In this document: positions 36,784 to 46,288 of the stretch, one piece after another
How positions within the stretch are numbered: position 1 is the first letter of the stretch
Layout: each line of letters starts with the position of its first letter
Origin: Armatimonadota bacterium
GTDB taxonomy: Bacteria > Armatimonadota > Fimbriimonadia > Fimbriimonadales > GBS-DC
Reading direction: 5' to 3'
Length of the DNA: 50,811 nt
NCBI GenBank assembly: GCA_037445735.1
Contig: JBBIJY010000022.1
Location: 1 to 50,811 of the forward strand
Notes under the pieces: generated by a model
The model's database searches: none
Told to the model about the DNA's origin: nothing
What the model saw: the letters and a program-made list of their open reading frames with translations, nothing else
Translations under genes and position numbers: made by a program

Positions 36784-38511
36784 ATGCGTGCATCGCGCTA
36801 CTTTATGCCGACCCTGCGAGAAGTGCCCGCCGAAGCGGAGCTGATCAGCCATCAGCTGCTGCTGCGTGGCGGCTTCATCCGCAAGCAGGCGGCGGGCGTG
36901 TATGTGTACCTGCCGCTCGGCTGGCGCGTCATCCGCAAAATCGAGCAGATCGTGCGCGAGGAAACCGACCGCATTGGCGGAATCGAGCTGTTTATGCCGG
37001 CGCTTGTGCCCCAAGAGCTGCTGGACGAGACGGGGCGCAGCGGGCTGGACATCCTCTTCCGCCTCAAAGACCGCAACGGGCGACCCTTCACGCTCGGATT
37101 CACCCACGAAGAAATTATCACCGACATCGTGCGCCATGCGGTCAGCTCCTACCGCCAGATGCCGCTGCTGCTGTATCAGATCCAGACGAAGTTTCGGGAT
37201 GAGCCGCGCCCGCGTGGGGGCGTGATCCGCGCCCGCGAATTCCTGATGTACGACGCCTACAGCTTCGACGCCGATGAAACGGCATTAGAGCAGACCTATC
37301 AGGCGTTGCGCGACGCCTATCAGCGTATGTTCCGTCGGATGGGACTGCCCACGATTATTGTGGAGGCGGAGGCAGGCGCCATCGGCGGCGGGCGCAACGA
37401 AGAGTTTATGGTGGTCGCGCCTGGCGGCGAGGATAAAGTGCTGCAGTGCGATGCATGCGGCTACAGCGCGAACGCCGAGCGGTGTGAACTGCCCGACCCG
37501 AACCTCATGCCGCCTGCGATTGATACGGTGCCAGCGATGCAAAAAGTGTCCACGCCGAACGCCCGCACCGTGCAGGAGGTCACCGCCTTTTTGAACACCA
37601 CTGCCGACCGCCTGGTGAAGACGCTGCTGATGCGGGTGGACGGCAAGCCCGTCGCCGCGCTGGTGCGAGGCGACCGCGAGCTGAACCCCTACAAGCTGAT
37701 GCACGCGCTGGATGGCGAGAGCGTGGAGATGATGGATGCCGCCACCATCGAACAGCTCACAGGCGCACCCGTCGGGTTCGCCGGACCGGTGGGACTCCCC
37801 TCCGACCTGCCGATGCTCGCCGATTATGAACTCAGAGGGCTGCAGGATTTTGTCACGGGCGCGAACGAGGCAGACGCCCATCTGGTTCATGTGTGCTGGG
37901 GACGCGATTTCCCTGAACCGCGCTGGGCAGACCTGCGCATGGCAGAATCGGGCGATAAGTGCCCTCGCTGCCCGACGGGAACCCTGCGCGAGGTGCGGGG
38001 CATCGAAGTGGGGCACATTTTCCAGCTGGGCACCAAGTACAGTCAGGCAATGAACGCGCTCTTCACCGATGCGCAGGGCAACCTGAAGCCGATCCTGATG
38101 GGCTGCTACGGGCTGGGCGTGAGCCGCTGCCTCGCCGCCATCGCCGAAGCCCATCACGACGAGAACGGCATCTGCTTCCCCATCACCGTCGCACCGTTCG
38201 AAGTGATTCTGATTCTGGTCAATCCCGAAGATGAGTCTCAGCGCTCGGCTGCCGAGCAGCTTTATACTGCCCTGCTGGAGCGTGGCATCGAGGTGCTGTA
38301 CGACGATCGAGATGAGCGCAGTGGGGTCAAATTCAAGGATGCCGATTTGATTGGCATCCCGATTCAGGTAGTGGTGGGGCGGGCGGTGCAGAATGGGCAG
38401 GTGGAGGTGCGCCTGCGTTCCGACAAATCGCCCCAGCGCGTGGCAATACCAGACGCGCCCGCGCAGATCGCTCGCCTCATCGAGGAACTCAAACGCGAGC
38501 TGAGTCCATGA
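36784..38511 (+). CDS. proS: proline--tRNA ligase (with editing insertion)
   Basis: SHQLLLRGGFIR, THEE, QTKFRDEPRPR, GIEVGHIFQLGTKYS, MGCYGLGVSR. Confidence 0.98.
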   Translation: MRASRYFMPTLREVPAEAELISHQLLLRGGFIRKQAAGVYVYLPLGWRVIRKIEQIVREETDRIGGIELFMPALVPQELLDETGRSGLDILFRLKDRNGRPFTLGFTHEEIITDIVRHAVSSYRQMPLLLYQIQTKFRDEPRPRGGVIRAREFLMYDAYSFDADETALEQTYQALRDAYQRMFRRMGLPTIIVEAEAGAIGGGRNEEFMVVAPGGEDKVLQCDACGYSANAERCELPDPNLMPPAIDTVPAMQKVSTPNARTVQEVTAFLNTTADRLVKTLLMRVDGKPVAALVRGDRELNPYKLMHALDGESVEMMDAATIEQLTGAPVGFAGPVGLPSDLPMLADYELRGLQDFVTGANEADAHLVHVCWGRDFPEPRWADLRMAESGDKCPRCPTGTLREVRGIEVGHIFQLGTKYSQAMNALFTDAQGNLKPILMGCYGLGVSRCLAAIAEAHHDENGICFPITVAPFEVILILVNPEDESQRSAAEQLYTALLERGIEVLYDDRDERSGVKFKDADLIGIPIQVVVGRAVQNGQVEVRLRSDKSPQRVAIPDAPAQIARLIEELKRELSP

Positions 38512-38577
38512 GCTTTTAAAGCCCCTCATCCGTACTTACCTCTCCTGAAGCGGGCAAAGGTTCTGGGAGAATGCTGC

Positions 38578-40107
38578 TTATGGCGGTGGGGTGGGTGGAG
38601 GGGTTGCGGAGGTGGAGCCGCTCGATTCAGGCGAGCGCACGGTGATGGTTACCTTTGCCTGCGCAGGGCGACCTTCGGCATCATAAGCCGTGAGTGTGTA
38701 GGTGGTGGTGGCGCTGGGCGTGACGATGAACTCGCCTGTGGTGGGCGACACCTCACCGATGCCGTTATCGATGACCACGCGCCGCGCGTTCTGGACCTCC
38801 CAGCGCAGGGTTGCGCTCTCGCCCGCGTTAATCGTGGTGGGCGTTGCCTCGAAGCGCACAATCTGCGCCTGCGAGGGGTCAACCACCTCCACGCGCACCG
38901 TCTTGCTCACCATCTTGCCCGCACTGTTGCGAGCAATCAGCTGGTACTCCGTCGTGCGCGAGGGGCGATGCTCAAAGCCGGGTGTGAGCGGGTCGAGCTT
39001 TTGACCGGGCGGGAACAGAATGAGTTCGGTCGCGTTTTTGACTTCCCAGCGCAGGATCACCGATTCGCCGCGCTTGACAGTGGGCGGGTCGGCGAAGAAC
39101 TTCGTGATGGCGGGTGGGGGCGGCTCAGGCGCGTTCTGCACAATCACCACCACCTCCGCCATGCGCTCCCCGTACCGATTGCGGGCGACAAGCCGGTAGG
39201 TGGTCGTGGTGGTCGGTTTGACCTCCACCGATTGCGTCTTATTGGGGTCGAACTCGCCCACCGCTGGCATGATAATGACCTGATCGGCATTTCGCACGCG
39301 CCAGCGCAGGGTGGTGGTTTCGCCCGCGGTAATCTGCGCGGGGTCAGCGAAAAAGAGCTCGATTTCGACGGGGCGCGGGCGTGTGTATGCCCACACCATC
39401 AGCAACAGCGCGAGCATCAGCATGAACACAACGGTGGTGGGGCTGATCAGCGCGCGGCGCTCCAGCTGACCCTGCACATGGGCGGAGCGCATCGGGTCTT
39501 CCGCGCTGCGCGCCGCGAGTGTGAAACTGTACAGCGTCGGGTTCGCCAGCAGGGGGAGCTGGCGCGGCTGAACGGAGAGCCTCACCGTGCGCGTCTCACC
39601 GGGCGCCAGACGGAGCTGTTCCCGCTCCCACTCAAACGCCAGCGCGTCTTCGGGGTCGGACGCGAACAGGTTCAGCGTCTGCTCCGTGTTGCCAAGATTG
39701 CCGATGGTGACCTCATACTCTGCCTGCTTGCGCAGGGGCGAAGCGGCGGCGCGTTTGGGTGCAATCTCCAGGGTCAGCATGCTGTAGGGGCGGATCACGA
39801 GGCTGGCTTGCGCCACGCCGCTCTCGCCGTTCTCCAGCGACCGTGCCCGAATCACGATGGGATAGACTCCGGCACGGCTCTCCACACTGCGCGGCGGGTG
39901 AAACAGGATGCGCCCCTGCATCTCTTCGCCTGGCGCCAGCGTGAACGACGGGATGGGGATGGCGCACCACTCCGCGTCGATGCCTTCAATCTCCAGCGCC
40001 ACCTGGTCGGGCTGGTCGCTCTCGTTGCGCACCGTCGCTATCAGCTGCGCTGACCCACCGGGCTCCACCTGAACCTCGTCCTGCCCCAGCTTCACGCGAA
40101 TCGCCAT
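38578..40107 (-). CDS. bitopic membrane protein: two N-terminal Ig-like domains, TM, three C-terminal Ig-like repeats
   Basis: No signal peptide; single TM (TTVVFMLMLALLLMVWAY); three repeats F.A.P..I..GE...LRW.V.NA...P..TT.Y.L.A. Confidence 0.8.
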   Translation of the reverse strand: MAIRVKLGQDEVQVEPGGSAQLIATVRNESDQPDQVALEIEGIDAEWCAIPIPSFTLAPGEEMQGRILFHPPRSVESRAGVYPIVIRARSLENGESGVAQASLVIRPYSMLTLEIAPKRAAASPLRKQAEYEVTIGNLGNTEQTLNLFASDPEDALAFEWEREQLRLAPGETRTVRLSVQPRQLPLLANPTLYSFTLAARSAEDPMRSAHVQGQLERRALISPTTVVFMLMLALLLMVWAYTRPRPVEIELFFADPAQITAGETTTLRWRVRNADQVIIMPAVGEFDPNKTQSVEVKPTTTTTYRLVARNRYGERMAEVVVIVQNAPEPPPPAITKFFADPPTVKRGESVILRWEVKNATELILFPPGQKLDPLTPGFEHRPSRTTEYQLIARNSAGKMVSKTVRVEVVDPSQAQIVRFEATPTTINAGESATLRWEVQNARRVVIDNGIGEVSPTTGEFIVTPSATTTYTLTAYDAEGRPAQAKVTITVRSPESSGSTSATPPPTPPP

Positions 40108-40224
40108 AAAACCGTGTGCATTATACCCGCCCGTCGGGTATCCTTTTCGAAAATGCCCTGTGGCGGGCTATCTCGCGAAGGTATGGCATGGTCAGCGCGT
40201 CCTTACTTCAGGAGGGCGAGCGCG

Positions 40225-40695
40225 ATGGAAAGCGAGCTGCTTGTGCAGGCAAGGCGGCAGGCGTTGCGCTGGATCCGTGCGCGGGACCACTCGCGCCAGG
40301 AGATGGAACAGCGGCTGCGGGCGAAAGGCTTCCCGGAGCCGATTGTGCAACAGACGCTCGAATGGCTGCTGCAGGAGCGATGGCTCTGTGATGAGCGGAT
40401 TGCCCGGCGATTAGCGGAGCGGCTGGAAGAAACAGAGCCATCGGGGCGGCAACGGATTGAACGCGAATTCGCACGGCGCGGGCTGGAACCGCCCGCAACG
40501 CTTGCCAGCGACGAAGAGAGCCGCGCGGTGCGGGCGCTCCAGCAACGGTTCGGCGAGCCGACCCCACCGCCCAACGCGCGGACGCTCGCCCGCTGGTTCC
40601 GATTCCTCATCCAGCGCGGTTTCGAACCAGAGGTCGCCGAGCACGCCCTCCGCCAGTGGAACCCGTTTCTGGACGATGTGCGTATCGATGAGTAA
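40225..40695 (+). CDS. recX: regulatory protein RecX
   Basis: ALRWIRARDHSRQEMEQRLRAKGF, LCDERIA, FLIQRGF; SD AGGAGG; upstream of rny. Confidence 0.8.
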   Translation: MESELLVQARRQALRWIRARDHSRQEMEQRLRAKGFPEPIVQQTLEWLLQERWLCDERIARRLAERLEETEPSGRQRIEREFARRGLEPPATLASDEESRAVRALQQRFGEPTPPPNARTLARWFRFLIQRGFEPEVAEHALRQWNPFLDDVRIDE

Positions 40696-40748
40696 AGCCT
40701 ATCCGACCCGTGCAACGGGGCGGACGACGCTAACAGGAGGCGAATCCG

Positions 40749-42344
40749 ATGGAAACGATTATCTGGATAACCGCTGTCATTATTGCAGCCGGTTTATCGG
40801 CAGGTGTCAGCTATCGAGTCGCGGTGCGACGGTTCCAGCAGAACCTCACCGTGCAGGCAGAGGACTGGATTCAGCAAGCGCGGAATCAGCTCGAAGAGGC
40901 ACAACGGATCAGGGCAACAGTGGAGCAGGAGCGGGCGCAGTTCGAGCGCGAGCGCGAGGCGCTTATGCGCGAGACGCTGCTCAAAGCCCGCGAGGAAGCC
41001 CAGACCATCCGCGAGCAGACCGAGCAGGAGCTGCGCGAGAAACGCAACGAGGTGCTGCGACTCGAACAGCGACTGCTCCAGCGTGAAGAGCTGCTCGAAC
41101 ACCGTTTCGAACTGCTGGAGCAGAAGGAGCAGGCACTGCTGGAGCGCGAAGCGCTGCTCACCAAGAAGCAGGGCGAACTGCGCGAGCTGATGGCGCAACG
41201 GCGATTCGAACTGGAGCGCATCAGCGGCATGAGCACGGACCAGGCGCGCGAACTGCTGCTGAACGAGATCCGGGACGAGCTGGAACATGAAGCCGCTATC
41301 CTTGCCCGCCAGATCGAAGAGGAGACCCGCCGCGACGCCGAACGCCGCGCCAGACAGATTATCCTCGACACCATCCAGCGCTGCGTGGTCGAACATGTCG
41401 GCGCCAACACCATCACCATTATCCACCTGCCCAGCGATGAGATGAAGGGGCGCATCATCGGGCGCGAGGGGCGCAATGTGCGCCATTTCGAGCATGTAAC
41501 GGGCGTCGATGTGATTATCGACGACACGCCCGAAGCGGTGGTGCTGTCATCGTTTGATCCTGTGCGCCGCGAGATCGCCCGCATGACGCTGGTGAACCTC
41601 ATTCAGGATGGGCGCATCCATCCTGCGCGCATCGAAGAGGAGTACGAGCGCGCTCGAATCGAGATCGAGCGGCGCATCTGGCAGGCGGGCGAGGAAGCCG
41701 TGCTGCAGGTCGGGCTGACCGGCATGCATCCCGAAGTGGTGCGCACGCTGGGCAAACTGCGCTATCGCACCAGCTACGCCCAGAATGTGCTGGACCACTC
41801 CATCGAGGTCGCCCAGATCGCAGGGCTGCTCGCCGCCGAACTCAAGCTCGACACGCGCATCGCCAAACGCGCCGCCCTGCTGCACGACATCGGCAAAGCG
41901 CTCGACAACGCCACTGAGGGTCCCCACGCGATTGTGGGCATGGAGTTCCTGCAACGCTACGGCGAACCTGAAATCGTGTGCAACGCTGTCGGCGCCCACC
42001 ACTTCGACATCGAGCCTGCCAGCCTCGAAGCGCATGTGGTGATTATCGCCGACTCCATCTCGGCGGCGCGCCCCGGCGCACGGCGTGAATCGCTGCAGCA
42101 GTATCTGCGCCGCATGCAGGAGCTGGAACGAATCGCGCTGAGTTTCGACGGCGTGGAAAAGGTCTATGCCATTCAGGCGGGACGCGAGGTGCGCGTGCTG
42201 GTCAAACCGAACGAGGTGGACGACCTGCGCGCCCATCAGCTCGCCCGCGAAATCGCCCACAAAATCCAGTCCGAGCTGGAGTATCCCGGGCAGGTGAAGG
42301 TAACGGTCATTCGCGAGGTGCGCGCCCATCATATCGCGCATTGA
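40749..42344 (+). CDS. rny: ribonuclease Y
   Basis: N-terminal TM, coiled coil, KH domain EMKGRIIGREGRN, HD motif LLHDIGKA, ADSISAARPGAR. Confidence 0.97.
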   Translation: METIIWITAVIIAAGLSAGVSYRVAVRRFQQNLTVQAEDWIQQARNQLEEAQRIRATVEQERAQFEREREALMRETLLKAREEAQTIREQTEQELREKRNEVLRLEQRLLQREELLEHRFELLEQKEQALLEREALLTKKQGELRELMAQRRFELERISGMSTDQARELLLNEIRDELEHEAAILARQIEEETRRDAERRARQIILDTIQRCVVEHVGANTITIIHLPSDEMKGRIIGREGRNVRHFEHVTGVDVIIDDTPEAVVLSSFDPVRREIARMTLVNLIQDGRIHPARIEEEYERARIEIERRIWQAGEEAVLQVGLTGMHPEVVRTLGKLRYRTSYAQNVLDHSIEVAQIAGLLAAELKLDTRIAKRAALLHDIGKALDNATEGPHAIVGMEFLQRYGEPEIVCNAVGAHHFDIEPASLEAHVVIIADSISAARPGARRESLQQYLRRMQELERIALSFDGVEKVYAIQAGREVRVLVKPNEVDDLRAHQLAREIAHKIQSELEYPGQVKVTVIREVRAHHIAH

Positions 42345-42418
42345 GCCATTAAACGGGTATACTTTGCAGCGATCTGCGGGAGCGAACCAACAACGCTTTT
42401 ATGGGAGGTTATTCAATC

Positions 42419-43351
42419 GTGAGCGATGTGGTTATCAAAACGGTTAACCTGACCAAGCGCTACTCCAGCTGGTGGGGTAGCCAGACGGTGGACGCCGTGA
42501 AAAACCTCAATCTGGAGGTGTATCGCGGCGAGATTTTCGGCTTTCTGGGTCCCAACGGCGCGGGCAAGACGACCACCATCAAGGTGCTGCTGGGCATTCT
42601 GTACCCCACTTCTGGCGAAGCCTATGTGCTGGGCAAGCCTGCGGGCGATTCGGAGACCCACTATCGCCTGAGCTACCTGCCCGAAAACCCCTACTTCTAC
42701 GAATACATGACGGGCAAGGAGATTCTCACCTTCTACGCGCGGCTGTTTGGCATCCCGGAGCCGGAGCGCAGCAAGCGCGTGGATCAGCTGCTCGATCGGG
42801 TCGGGCTGTCCCGTGCCGCGAACCAGCCCCTGCGCAACTACTCCAAGGGCATGCTCCAGCGAATCGGGCTGGCGCAGTGCCTGCTGAACGATCCCGAACT
42901 GCTGATCCTGGACGAACCGACCGCAGGGCTGGACCCCATCGCCCACATCGACATCCGCGACCTGATCCTGGAGCTGCGCGAGCAGGGCAAAACGCTCTTT
43001 ATCAGCTCGCACCAGCTCTCCGATGTGGAGATTGTGTGCGACCGCGTGGCTATCCTCAATAAGGGCGAGCTGGTGCAGCTGGGCAAGCTCGAAGACCTGC
43101 TCTCCGGCGGCTATGTGGAGATGATTGCCGAGAAGGTGGGCGAAAATGTGCTGGAGCCAATCCGTCAGCTGGGCGGACGACCCAGCCTGCACGACGGACG
43201 CCTGATCGTCGAACAGCCCGACGACGGCTCCATCGACCGTGTGATTGATCTGGTGCGGGCGAACGGCGGACACATCATCAGCGTCAAGCCCTACCGCCGC
43301 ACGCTCGAAGACCTGTTCGTGGAAACCATTCAGGGAGGGCGCAAACGATGA
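42419..43351 (+). CDS. ABC transporter ATP-binding protein (PilH-like)
   Basis: GPNGAGKTT, YLPENPYFY, YSKGMLQRIGLAQ, LDEPTAGLDP; GTG 42419 follows SD GGAGGT. Confidence 0.9.
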   Translation: MSDVVIKTVNLTKRYSSWWGSQTVDAVKNLNLEVYRGEIFGFLGPNGAGKTTTIKVLLGILYPTSGEAYVLGKPAGDSETHYRLSYLPENPYFYEYMTGKEILTFYARLFGIPEPERSKRVDQLLDRVGLSRAANQPLRNYSKGMLQRIGLAQCLLNDPELLILDEPTAGLDPIAHIDIRDLILELREQGKTLFISSHQLSDVEIVCDRVAILNKGELVQLGKLEDLLSGGYVEMIAEKVGENVLEPIRQLGGRPSLHDGRLIVEQPDDGSIDRVIDLVRANGGHIISVKPYRRTLEDLFVETIQGGRKR

Positions 43352-44127
43352 ACGCCACTTTTGCGATTGCGGGTGCAACCTTCGGCGAAGCGGTGCGCAA
43401 GCGCGTGCTGATGGTCATCTTGCTAACTGCGCTGGTGATTATTCTGATCAGCCCCGCGTTCGAGCCGTTCGCCGGGCGCGGGCAACGCACGCTGGTGCTG
43501 AGCTTCGGCTTCGGCATTATTCAGCTGGCTGGAACCTTCATCGCGATTATCCTCTGCACAGGGCTGATCCCCAACGAGATCGAGCGGCGCACCATCTACA
43601 CCATTCTATCCAAGCCGGTTCAGCGGTGGCAGTTCGTGCTGGGCAAGCTGCTCGGCGCGATGGGCACGCTCGCCTTCATCTACGCCATGATGGGGCTGGT
43701 GTTCCTGCTGGTGACACGCCTGTCGCTGGGCGAGTTCAACATCGATGTGCTGAAAGGCATCGTGATGTTCTTCTTCCAGAGTTCGCTGCTGGCTGCCGTC
43801 ACGCTCTTCTTCTCCACCTTCGTCTCGCCACTGGTGAACTACTTCCTGTCGGCGGGCGTGTTCCTGATGGGCAACCTGATGAGCACCTTTTTAGACACAA
43901 TTCAACGCAATCCTGAAGTGACGCCGCTCACGCGCGTGCCCGTGCAGATTCTCACGCTCATCCTGCCCAACTTCGCCAACTTCAACATTCAGAACCCCAT
44001 CATCAACCCCGAACAGGTGCTGACCGACGAGACGGCGTACTTCATCCAGACGATTGCCTACGCGATTGTGTATATCGCGCTGCTGCTGGTGGGCAGCATC
44101 CTGATTTTCAATCAGCGGGAGATGTGA
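43348..44127 (+). CDS. ABC-2 type permease (PilI-like)
   Basis: Multi-TM; EIERRTIYTILSKPVQRWQFVLGK. Confidence 0.85.
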   Translation: MNATFAIAGATFGEAVRKRVLMVILLTALVIILISPAFEPFAGRGQRTLVLSFGFGIIQLAGTFIAIILCTGLIPNEIERRTIYTILSKPVQRWQFVLGKLLGAMGTLAFIYAMMGLVFLLVTRLSLGEFNIDVLKGIVMFFFQSSLLAAVTLFFSTFVSPLVNYFLSAGVFLMGNLMSTFLDTIQRNPEVTPLTRVPVQILTLILPNFANFNIQNPIINPEQVLTDETAYFIQTIAYAIVYIALLLVGSILIFNQREM

Positions 44128-44131
44128 GACG

Positions 44132-45343
44132 ATGAGACGGTCATCGCGTGGTCTCTGGCTAACGGCTTTGATTCTGTTGCTGGTTCAGGCGGGTCTGCAG
44201 TGGCGCATTTTGCCGCTGTGGAGCAAGAACTACGCGCCGAAGCAGGCGGCGCCGGTGGGGCTGTCGCCAGACCAGCTGCTGGTTGCTTTTGCGGGCTTCC
44301 GCGAGTTCCTGGCAGGCATGCTCTGGGTGCGGGCGGACGGCTTCTTCCATTCGGGCAACTACGACGCCATCCTGCCCATGCTGCGACTGGTAACATGGCT
44401 CGATCCGCACAACATCGATGTCTACACCACAGGCGCATGGCATATGGGCTACAACTTCACCGACGAAGCGCAGCGCTCCGACCGGCGCTACATTCCGCTC
44501 GCCCTCAAGTTCCTGGACGAGGGCATCGAAAACAACCCGAATGTGTGGGACCTCTACTTCGAGATGGGCTGGATGTATTTCCATAAGATTCAGGATCCGG
44601 TGAGCGCGGTGCCGTGGCTGCAGAAAGCGAACTCGTTCCCCGATATGATCCCTGCACGGCGACATACGCTGGCACATGCGCTGTTCAAAGCGGGTCGCTT
44701 CGATGAAGCCATCGACACCTGGGGTCAGCTGATTCTGGACGCCGAGAAAACGCGCCACAACGATTGGGAAGGGCACAACCTCTACGATGTGCGCCTGAAG
44801 AACTTCCTGGAGACGGTGCTGGATGTAACTCGCCGATACGGTCCGGAACCAGAGACTCAGCCGCCGCTGGATATGGAGTTCGATGCGAGGGTCAAAGTGG
44901 TGCGCCCGCGTGTGATCCTGGTCGAGGGGCGGCTCGCCATCCCCACGATAGGCGCGCGCGTCACGGTCATCCTGCGCGACAAGGGCAGAACCATCAACTA
45001 CTCTCCCAAAGCGCTCAAGGTCTTCTCCTTCGAAATCGATAAGAACCTCACCTATATGCAGGATTCGCTGGCGGTGCGGGAGATGAAGTTCCGCCGCGAG
45101 ATCGATATGAGCAAAGACCCGAAGATGTACCCCTTCAAGGCGCCCGAATATGAGGTGGAGTTCATCTTCGACCCGCGCTACGCCTCGCCCCAGATTCAGG
45201 ATCGAATCGGCACCGATGGCGTCGGCATGACCGACAGGCGCTATCTGGACACCAGCGACCCGTCCGCCCGCATGTTGCGCAAGGTCGTCACGCTCACACG
45301 CGAGGAGATTCTGATGATTGGCAGGCGGGCGTCAGCACGGTAG
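44132..45343 (+). CDS. membrane-anchored TPR-like protein (PilG/XapA-like)
   Basis: N-terminal TM; LAGMLWVRAD...LDPHNIDVY...LDEGIENNPNVWDLYFEMGW helical repeats; third gene of the ABC module. Confidence 0.65.
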   Translation: MRRSSRGLWLTALILLLVQAGLQWRILPLWSKNYAPKQAAPVGLSPDQLLVAFAGFREFLAGMLWVRADGFFHSGNYDAILPMLRLVTWLDPHNIDVYTTGAWHMGYNFTDEAQRSDRRYIPLALKFLDEGIENNPNVWDLYFEMGWMYFHKIQDPVSAVPWLQKANSFPDMIPARRHTLAHALFKAGRFDEAIDTWGQLILDAEKTRHNDWEGHNLYDVRLKNFLETVLDVTRRYGPEPETQPPLDMEFDARVKVVRPRVILVEGRLAIPTIGARVTVILRDKGRTINYSPKALKVFSFEIDKNLTYMQDSLAVREMKFRREIDMSKDPKMYPFKAPEYEVEFIFDPRYASPQIQDRIGTDGVGMTDRRYLDTSDPSARMLRKVVTLTREEILMIGRRASAR

Positions 45344-45382
45344 CCCGGGCGTCTCGCCCGTATAGCTGACGGTGAACAGGCG

Positions 45383-46288
45383 ATGCGGTTCCCACTTGAA
45401 GGCAGTGAGCGATTGCATAACCCTGGCGGGCGATTGCGCCTGCTCTGGCAGGAGCGCAATATCGTGGTAATGCCCGGCGTCTATAATGCGATCCTGGCGC
45501 GACTGGTGCAGTATCACGGCTTCGAAGCAGTCTATATTTCGGGCGCAGGTGTAACCAACAGCCTGCTCGGCTTGCCCGATCACGCTTTTATTACACTTCC
45601 AGAGATGGCGCAGGTGTGCAGTTATATCACCAGCGTTATCTCCATCCCTGCGGTTGCCGACGCCGACACGGGCTATGGCGAGGCGTTGCAGGTTGCCCGC
45701 GCGGTGCAGATGCTGGAGCGGGCAGGGCTGGCAGGCATCCATATCGAGGATCAGCTGAACCCGAAGCGGTGCGGGCATTTAGAGGGCAAGGAGCTGATCC
45801 CCACCGAAGCGATGGTCGCCAGGATTCGCGCGGCATTACGGGCGCGTGAGAACCCCGACTTCGTGATTATCGCCCGCACCGACGCGCGCGCGGTGGAGGG
45901 TCTGCAGGGCGCTATTGACCGCGCCCGCGCATATGCCGACGCAGGCGCCGATGCCATCTTCCCCGAAGCGTTGCAATCGCCTGACGAGTTCGAACGGTTC
46001 GCGCGCGCCGTGCCTCTGCCCCTGATGGCGAACATGACCGAGTTCGGCAAAACACCCTTGATCAGCGTTCGCGAGTTCGCCCAGCTGGGCTACAAGATGG
46101 TCATCTTCCCGATGACGCTCTTTCGCGTGATGATGAAAGCCGCCGAGCATGCGCTCACCGCGCTCAAAGCGGAGGGCAGCCAGCGCTCGCTTCTAAATGC
46201 GATGCAGACCCGCGCCGAGCTGTATGAGCTGCTGGAGTACGAGCGATTTCTGGAGTTTGACCGCGCGATGGGTGAGAAATCGCCATGA
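45383..46288 (+). CDS. prpB: 2-methylisocitrate lyase
   Basis: ADADTGYG, IEDQLNPKRCGHLEGK, IIARTDA, ANMTEFGKTP, MQTRAELYELL. Confidence 0.9.
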   Translation: MRFPLEGSERLHNPGGRLRLLWQERNIVVMPGVYNAILARLVQYHGFEAVYISGAGVTNSLLGLPDHAFITLPEMAQVCSYITSVISIPAVADADTGYGEALQVARAVQMLERAGLAGIHIEDQLNPKRCGHLEGKELIPTEAMVARIRAALRARENPDFVIIARTDARAVEGLQGAIDRARAYADAGADAIFPEALQSPDEFERFARAVPLPLMANMTEFGKTPLISVREFAQLGYKMVIFPMTLFRVMMKAAEHALTALKAEGSQRSLLNAMQTRAELYELLEYERFLEFDRAMGEKSP

